Shown here: in pieces, positions 31,748-42,540 of the stretch
How the letters are laid out: each line of letters opens with the position of its first letter
Numbering within the stretch: the first letter of the stretch is position 1
Assembly (NCBI GenBank): GCA_963821725.1
Contig: CAWGFA010000007.1
Span: 71,914 to 135,913, forward strand
Direction of reading: 5' to 3'
Length of the DNA: 64,000 nucleotides
DNA from: an uncultured Acidimicrobiia bacterium
GTDB lineage: Bacteria; Actinomycetota; Acidimicrobiia; Acidimicrobiales; JACDCH01
Position numbers and translations under genes: made by a program
The notes under the pieces: generated by a model
Told to the model about the DNA's origin: nothing
Databases searched by the model: none
What the model saw: only the letters and a program-made list of their open reading frames with translations

Positions 31748-31771
31748 TTAAGATGGTGAGGACTATCTTAA
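31748..31771. promoter_or_regulatory. putative TetR operator (copy 2)
   Basis: TTAAGATGGT-GAGG-ACTATCTTAA palindrome between the two divergent operons. Confidence 0.78.
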
Positions 31772-31840
31772 CCAACGGCGGCTTGGGTCCGTCTTGGACG
31801 CGGCGGGCCGATTGGTCGATCGCCACCAGATGGGGGACCG

Positions 31841-33131
31841 ATGAACAAGGACGAATTGATCCTGGTGAGCGTCGACGATCACGTCGTCGAGCCGCCAGAC
31901 GTCTTCGAGAAGCACCTGCCGGCGAAGTACCAGGAGTTCGCTCCGAAGCTGAAGGAGCGGGAAGACGGCACCCTCGCCTGGTACTACTACGACCACGTCA
32001 TCACCAACGTCGGGCTGAACGCGGTGGCCGGTCGACCACGCGAGGAGTACGGCATCGAGCCGACCCGCCTCGACGAGATGCGCGCCGGGCTGTTGGAACG
32101 TCGACGAGCGCATCAAGGACATGAACGCCGGCGGCGTGCTCGGGTCGCTCTGCTTCCCGTCGATGCCGGGCTTCGCCGGCCGGGTCTTCGCCTCGGCGAA
32201 CGACGACGACATCGCGACCGCGATGGTCAGGGCGTACAACGACTGGCACGTGTACGAGTGGTGCGGCACGCACCCGGGCCGGTTCATCCCGCTCGGCCTC
32301 CCGATGATCTGGAGCGCGGAGGAGACGGCCAGGGAGGTGCACCGCCTGGCCGACATGGGCTGCCACGCCATCACGTTCCCCGAGAACCCGACGCCGCTCG
32401 ATGCGCCGTCGCTCCACGATCCGTACTGGGATCCGTTCTGGCGGGCGCGCGGAGGAGCGGGGGACGGTGATCTGCATGCACATCGGCTCGTCGTCGAAGC
32501 TGGCGATGACCACGCCCGATGCGCCGGTCGACGTGTTGATCACCCTGCAGCCGATGACGATCGTGCAGGCCGCGGCCGACATCGTGTGGAGCCGGGTGCT
32601 GAAGGAGTTCCCGAACATCAAGATCGCGCTGTCGGAGGGCGGCATCGGTTGGGTGCCGTACTTCCTCGACCGCATCGAGCGCACCTACGACATGCACCAC
32701 CACTGGACCGGCCAGGACCTCGGGGGTCTGACGCCCGACGGAGCGGTTCCTGAAGAACGTGCTGCTGTGCTTCATCTCCGATCCGGTCGGGCTGCGACCT
32801 GGTCGACGGATCGGTTCGGAGAACGTCAGCTGGGAGATGGACTACCCCCACTCCGACTCGTCGTGGCCGACCGGGCCCGAGGACCTGCACCGCGACATCA
32901 CCAGGGCCGGGACTCGGCGACACCGACATCGACGAACATCACCCATCGCACGGCGATGCGTGGTTCGACTACGACCCGTTCGAGCACATCGCGAGGGAAT
33001 CGGCGACCGTCGGCGCCCTTCGCAGCCAGGCCGAGGGCCACGACGTCGCCATCCGCTCGATGGGTCGGGGAGCGATGGGCGGCAGCGGGCTCAACATCGC
33101 CGAGCTCGCCAAGACCACCGAAGGGCGCTGA
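31841..33131 (+). CDS. amidohydrolase family protein (amidohydro_2; frameshifts)
   Basis: SVDDHVVEPP, RAYNDWH..EWC, ICMHIGSSS, IALSEGGIGWVPY, WEMDYPHSDSSWP. Confidence 0.9.
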
Positions 33132-33136
33132 TCCCC

Positions 33137-34345
33137 ATGGTCGAACGCACCGAGGAGTACGGCGCCGGTCTCGCCGAGCTGATGAATCCGGAGGTGGCGC
33201 GCAACCCGCAGCCCATCTACTCGATGCTGCACGACGGGTCGCCGGTGTTCCGCCTCGACGGCGTCGGCGTCATCGTCACCACCCGCGCCGGGGTCGAGGA
33301 GGTGCTGCGCGATCCGGAGGTGTTCTCCTCGAGCACGTCCGCGCACGACCTCAAGGCGGCCCGACCGCTCATCCCGCTCCAGATCGACCCTCCCGACCAC
33401 CGCAAGTACCGCAAGATCCTCGACCCGCTCTTCGCGCCGCAGCGGATGCGCGCCAGGGAGGACCAGCTCCGTGCGCTGGCGAACGAGCTGATCGACGGTC
33501 TCATCGACGAGTCGGAGATCGACTTCGTCCAACGCTTCTCGACGCCGTTCCCCTCGCAGGTGTTCCTGGCCATGTTCGGCCTTCCGATGGACGACCTCGG
33601 GACCTTCATCGGGATGAAGGACGGCGTGATCCGGCCGGATCAGGTGGTGGGGCAGCCGTTGGGCCACCCCGACACCGAGGCGCACCAGCAGCGCACCGCC
33701 GACTCGATCTACGCGTACTTCGAGCGCGTGCTCGCGGAGCGGGGGACCGCCCGCGCCGATGATCTGCTCAGCGCCTTCCTCGATGCCGAGGTCGACGGCG
33801 AGCGGCTCTCCCACGAGGAGATCCTCGACATCTGCTTCCTGTTCCTGATCGCCGGTCTCGACACCGTGACGGCGTCGCTCGACTGCATGTTCACCCACCT
33901 GGCCGAGCACCCCGACGACCGCCAGCGCCTCGTCGAGGATCCCGACGCCGTCGCCAGCGTCGTCGAGGAGCTGCTCCGGTGGGAGACGCCGGTGATGGGG
34001 GGTGCCCGAGTCGCCACGCGCGACGCCGAGATCGACGGCTTCGCGGTGAGCGAGGGCGAGCAGGTGATGGTCCTCTTCGGAGCTGCCAACGTCGACGCGT
34101 CGGAGCTCACCTGCCCCATGGAGCTCGACTGGGACCGCGAGACCAACCGCCACCTCGCCTTCGGGGGTGGCATCCACCGGTGCGTCGGGTCGCACCTCGC
34201 CCGCATCGAGCTCCGGGTGGCCCTCACCGAGTGGCACCGTCGGATCCCCGAGTACTCGGTCGCTCCAGGAGCCGACCTCACCTTCACCGCCGGCATCCGG
34301 ACGCTGGACCGGTTCCCGATGATCCTGGGGCCGGAAGGCGCGTAG
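33137..34345 (+). CDS. cytochrome P450
   Basis: IDPPDHRKYR, AGLDTVT, EELLRWE, RHLAFGGGIHRCVGSHLARIE. Confidence 0.95.
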   Translation: MVERTEEYGAGLAELMNPEVARNPQPIYSMLHDGSPVFRLDGVGVIVTTRAGVEEVLRDPEVFSSSTSAHDLKAARPLIPLQIDPPDHRKYRKILDPLFAPQRMRAREDQLRALANELIDGLIDESEIDFVQRFSTPFPSQVFLAMFGLPMDDLGTFIGMKDGVIRPDQVVGQPLGHPDTEAHQQRTADSIYAYFERVLAERGTARADDLLSAFLDAEVDGERLSHEEILDICFLFLIAGLDTVTASLDCMFTHLAEHPDDRQRLVEDPDAVASVVEELLRWETPVMGGARVATRDAEIDGFAVSEGEQVMVLFGAANVDASELTCPMELDWDRETNRHLAFGGGIHRCVGSHLARIELRVALTEWHRRIPEYSVAPGADLTFTAGIRTLDRFPMILGPEGA

Positions 34346-34348
34346 GAC

Positions 34349-35294
34349 GTGGCTCGCCAGATCGCTCCGATCGACTTCGCCGGCCAGGTCGCCATCGTGA
34401 CCGGTGCCGGCCGCGGTCTGGGGCGGCTCTACGCCCTTGATCTGGCTCGTCGTGGTGCATCGGTCGTGGTCAACGACCTCGGCTCCTCGATGGACGGAGA
34501 CGGCCGCGACACCTCGGTGGCCGACGCCGTCGTCCGCGAGATCGAGACGGCCGGTGGCTCCGCCGTCGCGTCGCACGACTCCGTCGCCACGGCCGAGGGT
34601 GCCGGCAGCCATCGTCGCAGCGGCGACCGAGTCGTTCGGAGGGGTCGACGCGGTAGTCAGCAACGCGGGCATCTTCCAGACCCGTCCGTTCGACGAGCTG
34701 TCGGCCGACGATTGGGACCGGATGCTCCGGGTGCACCTCGACGGCGCCTTCCACGTCAGCCAGGCCGCCTACCGGGTGATGAAGGCCCAACAGGGCGGAC
34801 GGTTCGTGTTCATCGCCTCCTCCGCGGGCCTCTTCGGCCAGCCCAACTCGGGGCACTACGCAGCGGCGAAGGCCGGGATACTCGGGCTGGCGAACGTCGT
34901 CGCCATCGAGGGCGCTGAGCACGGCATCCGGGCGAACACGGTGCTCCCGTTCGGTGAGTCGCGCATGGCCACCGAGACCATCGGCGACGACGTCGACGCG
35001 GTCCGGGGCTTCCTCGACGCCATCGGACCGGAGCTGGTCGTGCCGATGGTCGTCTACCTCGCCAGCCGCTCGTGCACGTTGACGCACGAGGTGTTCTCCG
35101 CTTGTGCTGGGCGCTTCGCGAGAGTGTTCGTCGGACTGGCCGAGGGATGGGTCGCGGAGCGCGGCACATCGCCAGCGGCGGAGGACATCGCCGCGCACCT
35201 CGACGAGATCAGGGAGCCAGAGCCGTACGCCATCCCCACGTCGATAATCGACGAGGTGGCCCAGATCCTCGACCGGCTGCAGATCTCGTTGTGA
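34349..35294 (+). CDS. SDR oxidoreductase (MFE-2/3-hydroxyacyl-CoA dehydrogenase-like), frameshift near 34600
   Basis: [25 protein letters not shown]. Confidence 0.88.
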
Positions 35295-37022
35295 GCAGCG
35301 ACACCGACCTCCGCCCTCTCCAGATCCTGGCGTCTGCGATCGCCGGTCGGTCGGTGGAGGTCGCTCCGGCGACGACGGGGACACGCACGTGGACCGACGG
35401 GCGCACGATCTTCCTCGAGCGCGATGTCGCCCATCGCGACCGGCTGCGGCTGCTGGGCGTCCAGGCGTCGCTGCTGGCGGGGGGCAGCCTCGCGCCCGAG
35501 GTCGTCGCCGAGCTGGGCGGCCGGCGCGCCCTCGCTGACCGCTACCTCGCCGTCGAGGGGCACCGCGCCCTCGCCGCGAACGACGTCGCCCTCCCGCCGT
35601 GGATGCGGTCGATGATCGACCGCGCAGTGGCCGGTCGACTCGACTCGCCGGCAGCCTCCTTGGCGCTCGCCCGTCACGATCGGACCCTCCAGCCGGCGTG
35701 GGCGTTCGGCGCGATCGATGCGCGCCGGGTGACGTCGAACGTCGAGCGGGCGGGCCTGACGCGGCCGCTCGATGCGGGCTCCCGCTCCGAGCCGATCGAC
35801 CCCGCTGACCTCGAAGTGCTCGACGATGACGACGCCGAAGATGCCGCGCCCCATCTGGGCAACATGCTGTCGAGCCCCGTCGGTGGGGGCGGCGCCGTCG
35901 GGCGGCTGATCGCGAAGCTGCTGCGGCCGACCCGAGCGCGCGACGGCGGTGGGGACCCGGGCGCGGACGCCCCGACGCACCTGTCCCGGGCCCGACCGAC
36001 GGCCGGTCGGACGATGGTCTCGCTCGTGACCGGTGGTGCGACAATCGATGGGCCCGATCTGCAGGCAGCGTCGACGCACGTCTATCCCGAGTGGGACGAG
36101 CGCCGTCACGCCTACCGGCCCGACTGGTGCCACGTGCACGAGGACGTGGCCGACGCCGGCTCGGGCTCCTCCGTGGACCTGCCCGATGGTGTCGCGCTGC
36201 GGCGGGCGCTGGCGCGGCTCGGCACCGAGCTGGTGCCGTGCCGCCGGCAGCGCCAGGGTGGGGATCTCGACATCGACGCGATCGTGCAGGCGCGCGTCGA
36301 CCGCCTGGCCGGTGGGCCCCTCGTCGAGGACGTCTACATCGACAGCCTTCGACGGTCCCGCGCCCTCTCCGTGCTCGTGCTCCTGGACGTGTCGGGATCG
36401 GCCGCCGAGCCAGGGGTGGCGGGCCGCACTGTGCACCAGCACCAGCGCGACGCCGCGGCCGCGCTCGTCACCGCGCTGCACCGGCTCGGGGATCGCGTCG
36501 CGCTGCATGCCTTCAGCTCGCGTGGCCGAACTGCCGTGCACCTGACGCGCGGTGAAGGGCTTCGACGACCGCCTCGACGACGTCGTCGCCCGCCGCCTCG
36601 ACAGCCTGCAGCCCGGTGCCTTCACCCGACTCGGCGCCGCCATCCGGCACGGATCGGCGCTCCTCGAGGCCGGCGGCGGCACCCCACAGCGGCTGCTCGT
36701 CGTGCTGTCTGACGGGTTCGCGTACGACCACGGCTACGAGGGCGGTCATGGCGAGGCCGACGCCCGTCGGTCTCTCCTGGAGGCCCGTCGGCGCGGCATC
36801 GGCTGCCTGTGCCTCAGCGTGGGCGCCGACGCCGACCGCGCCGCGCTCCAGCGCGTCTTCGGCACCGCGGCCCACGCCGCTGTGCCCACCAGCGACCACC
36901 TGCCGGCGTCGATCGGACCGCTGTTCGCCGCTGCGCTGCGCTCGGCCGCGGCCCAGCGACGGAGCTCCCAGCGCACCGAGCGCACACGCGGGCGGCTGCG
37001 GATGGACCGCGGGCAACGATGA
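35291..37022 (+). CDS. NorD/CbbO-type von Willebrand A domain protein (frameshift near 36550)
   Basis: YPEWD...[49 protein letters not shown]. Confidence 0.87.
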
Positions 37023-37838
37023 CCGAGTCGACGCGGCCGTACTACGTCCCCGTCGGCAACGAGGAAGCTGTCTTCTCGGCCGCCCACCGCCAGGGGCTCG
37101 CCCTCCTGCTCAAGGGCCCGACTGGGTGCGGCAAGACGCGCTTCGTGGAGGCGATGGCGCACGATCTCGGGCGGCCGTTGATCACGGTGTCGTGCCATGA
37201 CGACCTCACCGCGGCTGACCTGGTCGGGCGCTTCCTCCTCGACGGCGGCGACACCACGTGGGTCGACGGCCCGCTCACCCGGGCGGTGCGCGAGGGAGCC
37301 ATCTGCTACCTCGACGAGATCGTCGAAGCCCGCCAGGACACCACGGTGGTCATCCACCCGCTGGCCGACCACCGCCGCCAGCTTCCGATCGACCGGCTCG
37401 GCATCGTCCTCGACGCCGCGCCCGGCTTCGGGCTGGTCGTGTCCTACAACCCCGGCTACCAGAGCGTCCTCAAGGACCTGAAGGACTCCACCCGCCAGCG
37501 CATGGTTGCCATCGAGCTCGACTTCCCACCGGCGGACGTGGAGGAACAGGTCGTCTGCCACGAGGCGGGCATCGGGCATGACCAGGCGGCGCAGCTCGTC
37601 CATCTCGCTCGACGCGATCCGCCGCGTCGAGCACGCCGGGCTGCGCGAGGTGGCTTCGACGCGGGTGCTGATCGCTGCTGGACGCCTCGTCGCCGACGGC
37701 CTGCCGCTCCTCGAGGCGGCCCGGGCCGCCGTCGCGGGACCGTTGACCGACGACCCTGCCGTGCTGGCGGGGCTCCACGAGATGATCACCAGCTACCTGG
37801 CCGACGCAGAGTCGGATGCGACCAACGGGGGGATGTAG
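37019..37838 (+). CDS. CbbQ/NirQ/NorQ-family MoxR AAA+ ATPase (frameshift near 37605)
   Basis: Walker [27 protein letters not shown], Walker [46 protein letters not shown]. Confidence 0.93.
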
Positions 37839-38952
37839 GTGGCCTACGAGAGCGATGCCGAGCCCATCAAGATGGGCTACCTCATGGACTTCCGCCTGCC
37901 GGACGGGTTCCCAGATGACCGGCGGGCGGACCTGACCGATCCGTTCGACCACGTGTTCCAGGAGGGGTTCGAGCAGGGGGTGATCGACCGGCCGGTCGAG
38001 ATCATCTACCGCGAGGTCGAAGGCTTGCCCAAGGGGTCCGTGAAGGCCGTCATCGACGCCTACGGGGAGCTCGTCGAGGAGGGCTGCCTGCTGGTCTTCG
38101 GCCCGTCGATCACCGACAACGCCGAGCCGACCAAGGTCGCGATCGAGGAGCGCTTCCGCGTGCCGGCCATCAGCGTCACCGGCTCGGAGCAGTGGCTGGG
38201 CGAGTGGACGTTCTCGTTGTCGATGGGCTCGATGAGCGACGAGCCGATCTTCTGGGCCGACCTCATCGCCAAGCGCGGCATCGACAACGTCGGTGTCCTG
38301 GTGGAGCAGTCGCTCGTCGGGGACAGCTACATCGAGCAGTTCCGACGCGCGTGCCGCACCAAGGGCATCCGCATCGTGGCCGAAGAGCAGATCCCCCAGA
38401 CGGCCAAGGACGTCACCGAGCAGGTGAAGCGGCTGCACGATGCCGGCGTCGACTCGGTCGTCCACTGCGGCTTCGGGTTCGGCGTCGTGCTCGTCGGCTT
38501 CGCGATGGAAGCCCTCGGATGGGACCCGCCGCGTTTCATGGGCACGTCGTTCCAGAACGCGTGGCTCAACGAGATCGTCTGGAACGCCATGGTCGGCTGG
38601 ATCGGCATCGACCAGTACGACGCCGAGAACCAGCGTCGGCCAGGAGTTCCTCGATCGTTACGCCGAGCGCGTCGGGCGCCGGCCGGAGTGGTGCGTACCG
38701 GTGGTGAACCGCGACCTTGCCGTGGCATTGCTGCAGGCGTTCGCCGACGCGCGACCGCTGTCGCCGGCCGGCGTCCGCGACGCGCTCGAGCGGGTGAAGA
38801 TGTTCCCCGCCGCCTCCGGCGCGCCAGGCACCCGGATCTCGTTCGGCAGGTACATGCACCGCGGGTGGATGGGTCCGGGCTACCTCGTCGCCCGGCAGCT
38901 CGATCCCGACGGCGTGACGGCCCACACGGTCGACCGCTTCGGGGAAGCCTGA
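37839..38952 (+). CDS. periplasmic-binding-protein type 1 (LivJ-like) protein without signal peptide (frameshift near 38630)
   Basis: [48 protein letters not shown]-terminus acidic and non-hydrophobic. Confidence 0.78.
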
Positions 38953-38955
38953 GCC

Positions 38956-40087
38956 GTGGCAACCACCCAGCTCGCCCCACCGGCCGTCGAAGCCGACGCC
39001 GTCCGTCCGTTCCGGCTGACGCCGGCGCGCGCTGTCGGTCTCTGCATCGTCGTCGCCGCGCTGATCGCTGTTGCGATCGCTGCTCGCCACGGTGCGGTCG
39101 CCGATCGGATCCGGAACCCGCTGGTCGACGGCGCGCCGCGCCCGGTCGAGCCGCTGTTCGGCTTCCACGGGTGGATCACGCTCCTCCAGATCGGCACCGT
39201 CGTGATGATGGTGGTCCTGGTGACCGTGTTCGTCGTCGGGTGGCGCCGCAAGCCGGGCAACCCCGTCCTGCTCATGGTGCTGGCCACCACGCTTCTCGTC
39301 TGGCAGGACCCGATCATGAACTGGGCGCCCTACGCGGTCTACAACCCGCAGCTCTGGCACTGGCCCGAGACGTGGCCGCTGGTGTCGCTGTCCCCCACGG
39401 TCGAGCCGTTCATCGTGATCGGCTACGCCACCTTCTACATGGCGCCGTTCTTCCCGGCGTCGCGGATCCAGCGACGCATCCAGGCCGGCAAGCCCCTCGA
39501 TCACTTCGTCTGGCGCCATCCGCTGATCACGCTGTCGCTGCTGATCCTGGCTATCGGGTTCGTGTTCGACGCGTTCCTCGAGATCTTCCTGGTCCGCACG
39601 CAGCTGTACATCTACTCGCACGTGATCCCGTGGGGGTCCTACGCCGCCGGCAAGTGGTACCAGTTCCCACTGCTCTGGGAGTCCGCACTCGTTGCCACCG
39701 TGATGATCCCGGCTGGCGTGCTGCTCTACAAGGACGACACCGGCAAGACCCAGGCCGAGAAGCTGGCGCAGCGGGCGGGCTGGCTCCGCACCCGGCCGGC
39801 GCTCGGCACCTTCGCCGTCATGTTCCTCGTCGTCAACCTCGGGTACTTCGTCGTACGGCGGTGCCTTCGCGCTCATGAAGGACACCGGGGCGGCGTCCTC
39901 GGTCGCCTGTCCGTGGCCGTACCCGGAGGCGAAGGTCTACGACCCGCAGGGTTTCTACGAGGAGGCCGGGCAGCAGGGCCCGTACTTCCCGGGCATCTGG
40001 TCGGGGTGGCAGAGCGCCCAGCCCGACGGGCGACCCGACGTCCATCCACCGGCCGACGGCGGGCGGTGCGGGCCCAGCGATGGCTGA
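38956..40087 (+). CDS. AveC/spirocyclase-like multi-TM membrane protein (frameshift near 39855)
   Basis: VWQDPIMNWAPYAVYNP, FDAFLEIFLVRTQLYIYSHVIP..GKWYQFPLLWE, CPWPYPEAKVYDPQG. Confidence 0.78.
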
Positions 40088-41027
40088 CCCTCGCAGCGTG
40101 GTCGTCACCGGCGCCTCGCGCGGCCTGGGGCGAGCGACCGCTGCGCACCTCCACCGCGCCGGGTGGACGGTGCTCGCGGCGATGCGCAACCCCGAACGCG
40201 ACCTCGCGGGTGTTCGGGCGGATGCAGGGGCTGTCGACGGTGACTCGCGACTCGTCCCGATCCGGCTCGACCTCGACGACGAGGCGTCAGTCGACGCGGC
40301 TGCGGGCGAGATCATCGAGCGCGTCGGCTCGCCCGACGGCGTCGTGCACAACGCCGGTGTCGCAGGAGTCGGCAGCATCGAGGAGATGCCCGTCGAGATG
40401 TGGCAGCAGATCTTCTCGACCAACCTGTTCGGTCCTGTCCGGCTGACCAAGGCGTTGCTCCCAGCGATGCGTGCCGCCGGCCGCGGTCGCATCGTGCTCG
40501 TGTCGAGCCAGGGCGCCATCCGTGGGATGCCGGCCATCGGCGCCTACTCGGCGGCCAAGGGCGCCCTCGAGCGTTGGGGCGAGTCGCTCTCTCACGAGAT
40601 CGCACCGTTCGGCCTCGGCGTGTCGGTGATCGTCGCCGGCACCTTCAAGACGGACATCCTCGAGCTCACCACCACATGGGAGGACACGAGCGGGCCGTAC
40701 GCGCCGATGCACCTCGGCCTCCGTCGCACAGGCGACCGGATCATGCGCATCGCCCGCCCTCCGAGGACCTTCGCCCCGGCCGTCGAGAAGGCCCTCGCCG
40801 ACTCCGGGCCGATCCGGCGCCGGGCCGTCGGCATCGACGCCCAGCTCCTGCACTATGGGAGCCGCTTGCTCCCGGGCCGGCTGCTCCACCGCATCACCAG
40901 CACCGCCGTGGGGATCCCCGGACCGGGTTCCTTGCGCGGCGACCCTCGCCGGCACGCCGGCGTGTTCCCCGACATCGCCGAAGCCGATGCCGGCGCCACC
41001 GATCGACACGAGGCAGGAGAACCATGA
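40080..41027 (+). CDS. SDR oxidoreductase
   Basis: TGASRGLG, HNAG, LVSS, YSAAK. Confidence 0.92.
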   Translation: MADPRSVVVTGASRGLGRATAAHLHRAGWTVLAAMRNPERDLAGVRADAGAVDGDSRLVPIRLDLDDEASVDAAAGEIIERVGSPDGVVHNAGVAGVGSIEEMPVEMWQQIFSTNLFGPVRLTKALLPAMRAAGRGRIVLVSSQGAIRGMPAIGAYSAAKGALERWGESLSHEIAPFGLGVSVIVAGTFKTDILELTTTWEDTSGPYAPMHLGLRRTGDRIMRIARPPRTFAPAVEKALADSGPIRRRAVGIDAQLLHYGSRLLPGRLLHRITSTAVGIPGPGSLRGDPRRHAGVFPDIAEADAGATDRHEAGEP

Positions 41028-42511
41028 CCGCAGGCACCACGCCCCACCACGAGTCGCGCATGCTGATCGACGGCAAGCTCGTCGAGGGTCAGAGCGGGAC
41101 GTTTCCAGTCGTCAACCCCGCGACCGAGCAGGTCATCGGCGAGGCGGGCGACGCCTCGACCGCCGACATGCAGCAGGCGATCGGCGCGGCCCGCCGCGCC
41201 TTCGACGACACCACCTGGTCGACCGATCGCGCGCTTCCGCAAGCAGTGCCTGCTCCAGCTCCAGACGGCGCTGGAGTCCGAGCAGGAAGAGCTCCGCGAG
41301 GAGCTCATCCTCGAGGTCGGCTGCCCCCGGATGGTCACACACGGCCCCCAGCTCGACGCGCCGCTCAGCGATGGCCTCCGGCACCCGATCGAGCTCATCG
41401 ACTCGTTCGCCTGGGAGGAGGACCTCGGCGATGCGATGGTCGACCTCACCGGGATGATGACCAGCCGAAAGGTGTGGCGCGAACCCGTCGGCGTTGTCGG
41501 CGCGATCGTTCCGTGGAACTACCCGTTCGAGGTCTCGATCCACAAGCTGGGCCAGGCCCTGAGCACCGGCAACACCGTGGTACTGAAGGCCGCTCCCGAC
41601 ACGCCGTTCAACGCCACTCGCATCGGTCGTCTCGTGGCCGAGCACACGGACATCCCCGCCGGCGTCCTCAACGTCGTGACGTCGTCTGATCACCTCGTCG
41701 GTGAGGAGCTCACGTTGTCCGACAAGGTCGACCTCATCTCGTTCACCGGATCAACCGCCGTGGGCAAGCGGATCATGGAGAAGGGGGCGGCGACCATGAA
41801 GCGCCTCTTCCTCGAGCTCGGCGGCAAGTCGGCCGCCGTGATTCTCGACGACGCCGACCTCGCGACGGCCACGATGATCGCCTTCGGGGTGTGCATGCAC
41901 GCCGGGCAGGGCTGCGCGACCCCCACGCGAATGCTCCTCCCCCGCTCGCGCTACGACGAGGCGGTCGAGATGCTGACGGGCATCTACGAGTCCGTCGTCC
42001 CCGGAGACCCGCAGGCGCGACGACACCCTCTGCGGTCCGGTGATCTCGGCCAAGCAGCGGGACCGGATCATCGGTTACATCCAGACGGGGATCGACGAGG
42101 GCGCCAACTTGCTGGTCGGCGGCACGGAGCCGCCGGACGGGCTCGACACCGGCTACTACGTGTCACCGTCACTCTTCGTCGACGTCGACAACTCGATGAC
42201 GATCGCCCGCGAGGAGATCTTCGGTCCGGTGCTCGCCGTGATCCGGTACGAGGACGAGGAAGACGCGATCCGGATCGCGAACGACAGCCCGTACGGGTTG
42301 GCCGGGTTCGTCTTGTCGAGCTCTCTCGATCGCTCGACGGCCGTCGCGCCGACGTCTGCGCGCCGGGACCATCGGGCTGAACGGCGGGGCCGCCTACGGC
42401 GCAGAGGTGCCCTTCGGCGGCTTCAAGGACAGCGGCGTCGGGCGCCAGAACGGCACCGCCGGCTTCGCCCAGTATCTGGAGACCAAGTCGGTGGCCTGGC
42501 CCGCCGGCTGA
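41024..42511 (+). CDS. aldehyde dehydrogenase (frameshifts)
   Basis: [47 protein letters not shown]. Confidence 0.9.
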
Positions 42512-42540
42512 GCAGCGTCGAGCTCTGACCAGGAACTTGG

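Noticed and set aside
38956-40446. 496-aa version of the AveC-like ORF extending over the SDR
   Set aside because: After about 39855 the real C-terminus is in ORF 39875..40087. The extension is out-of-frame SDR sequence.
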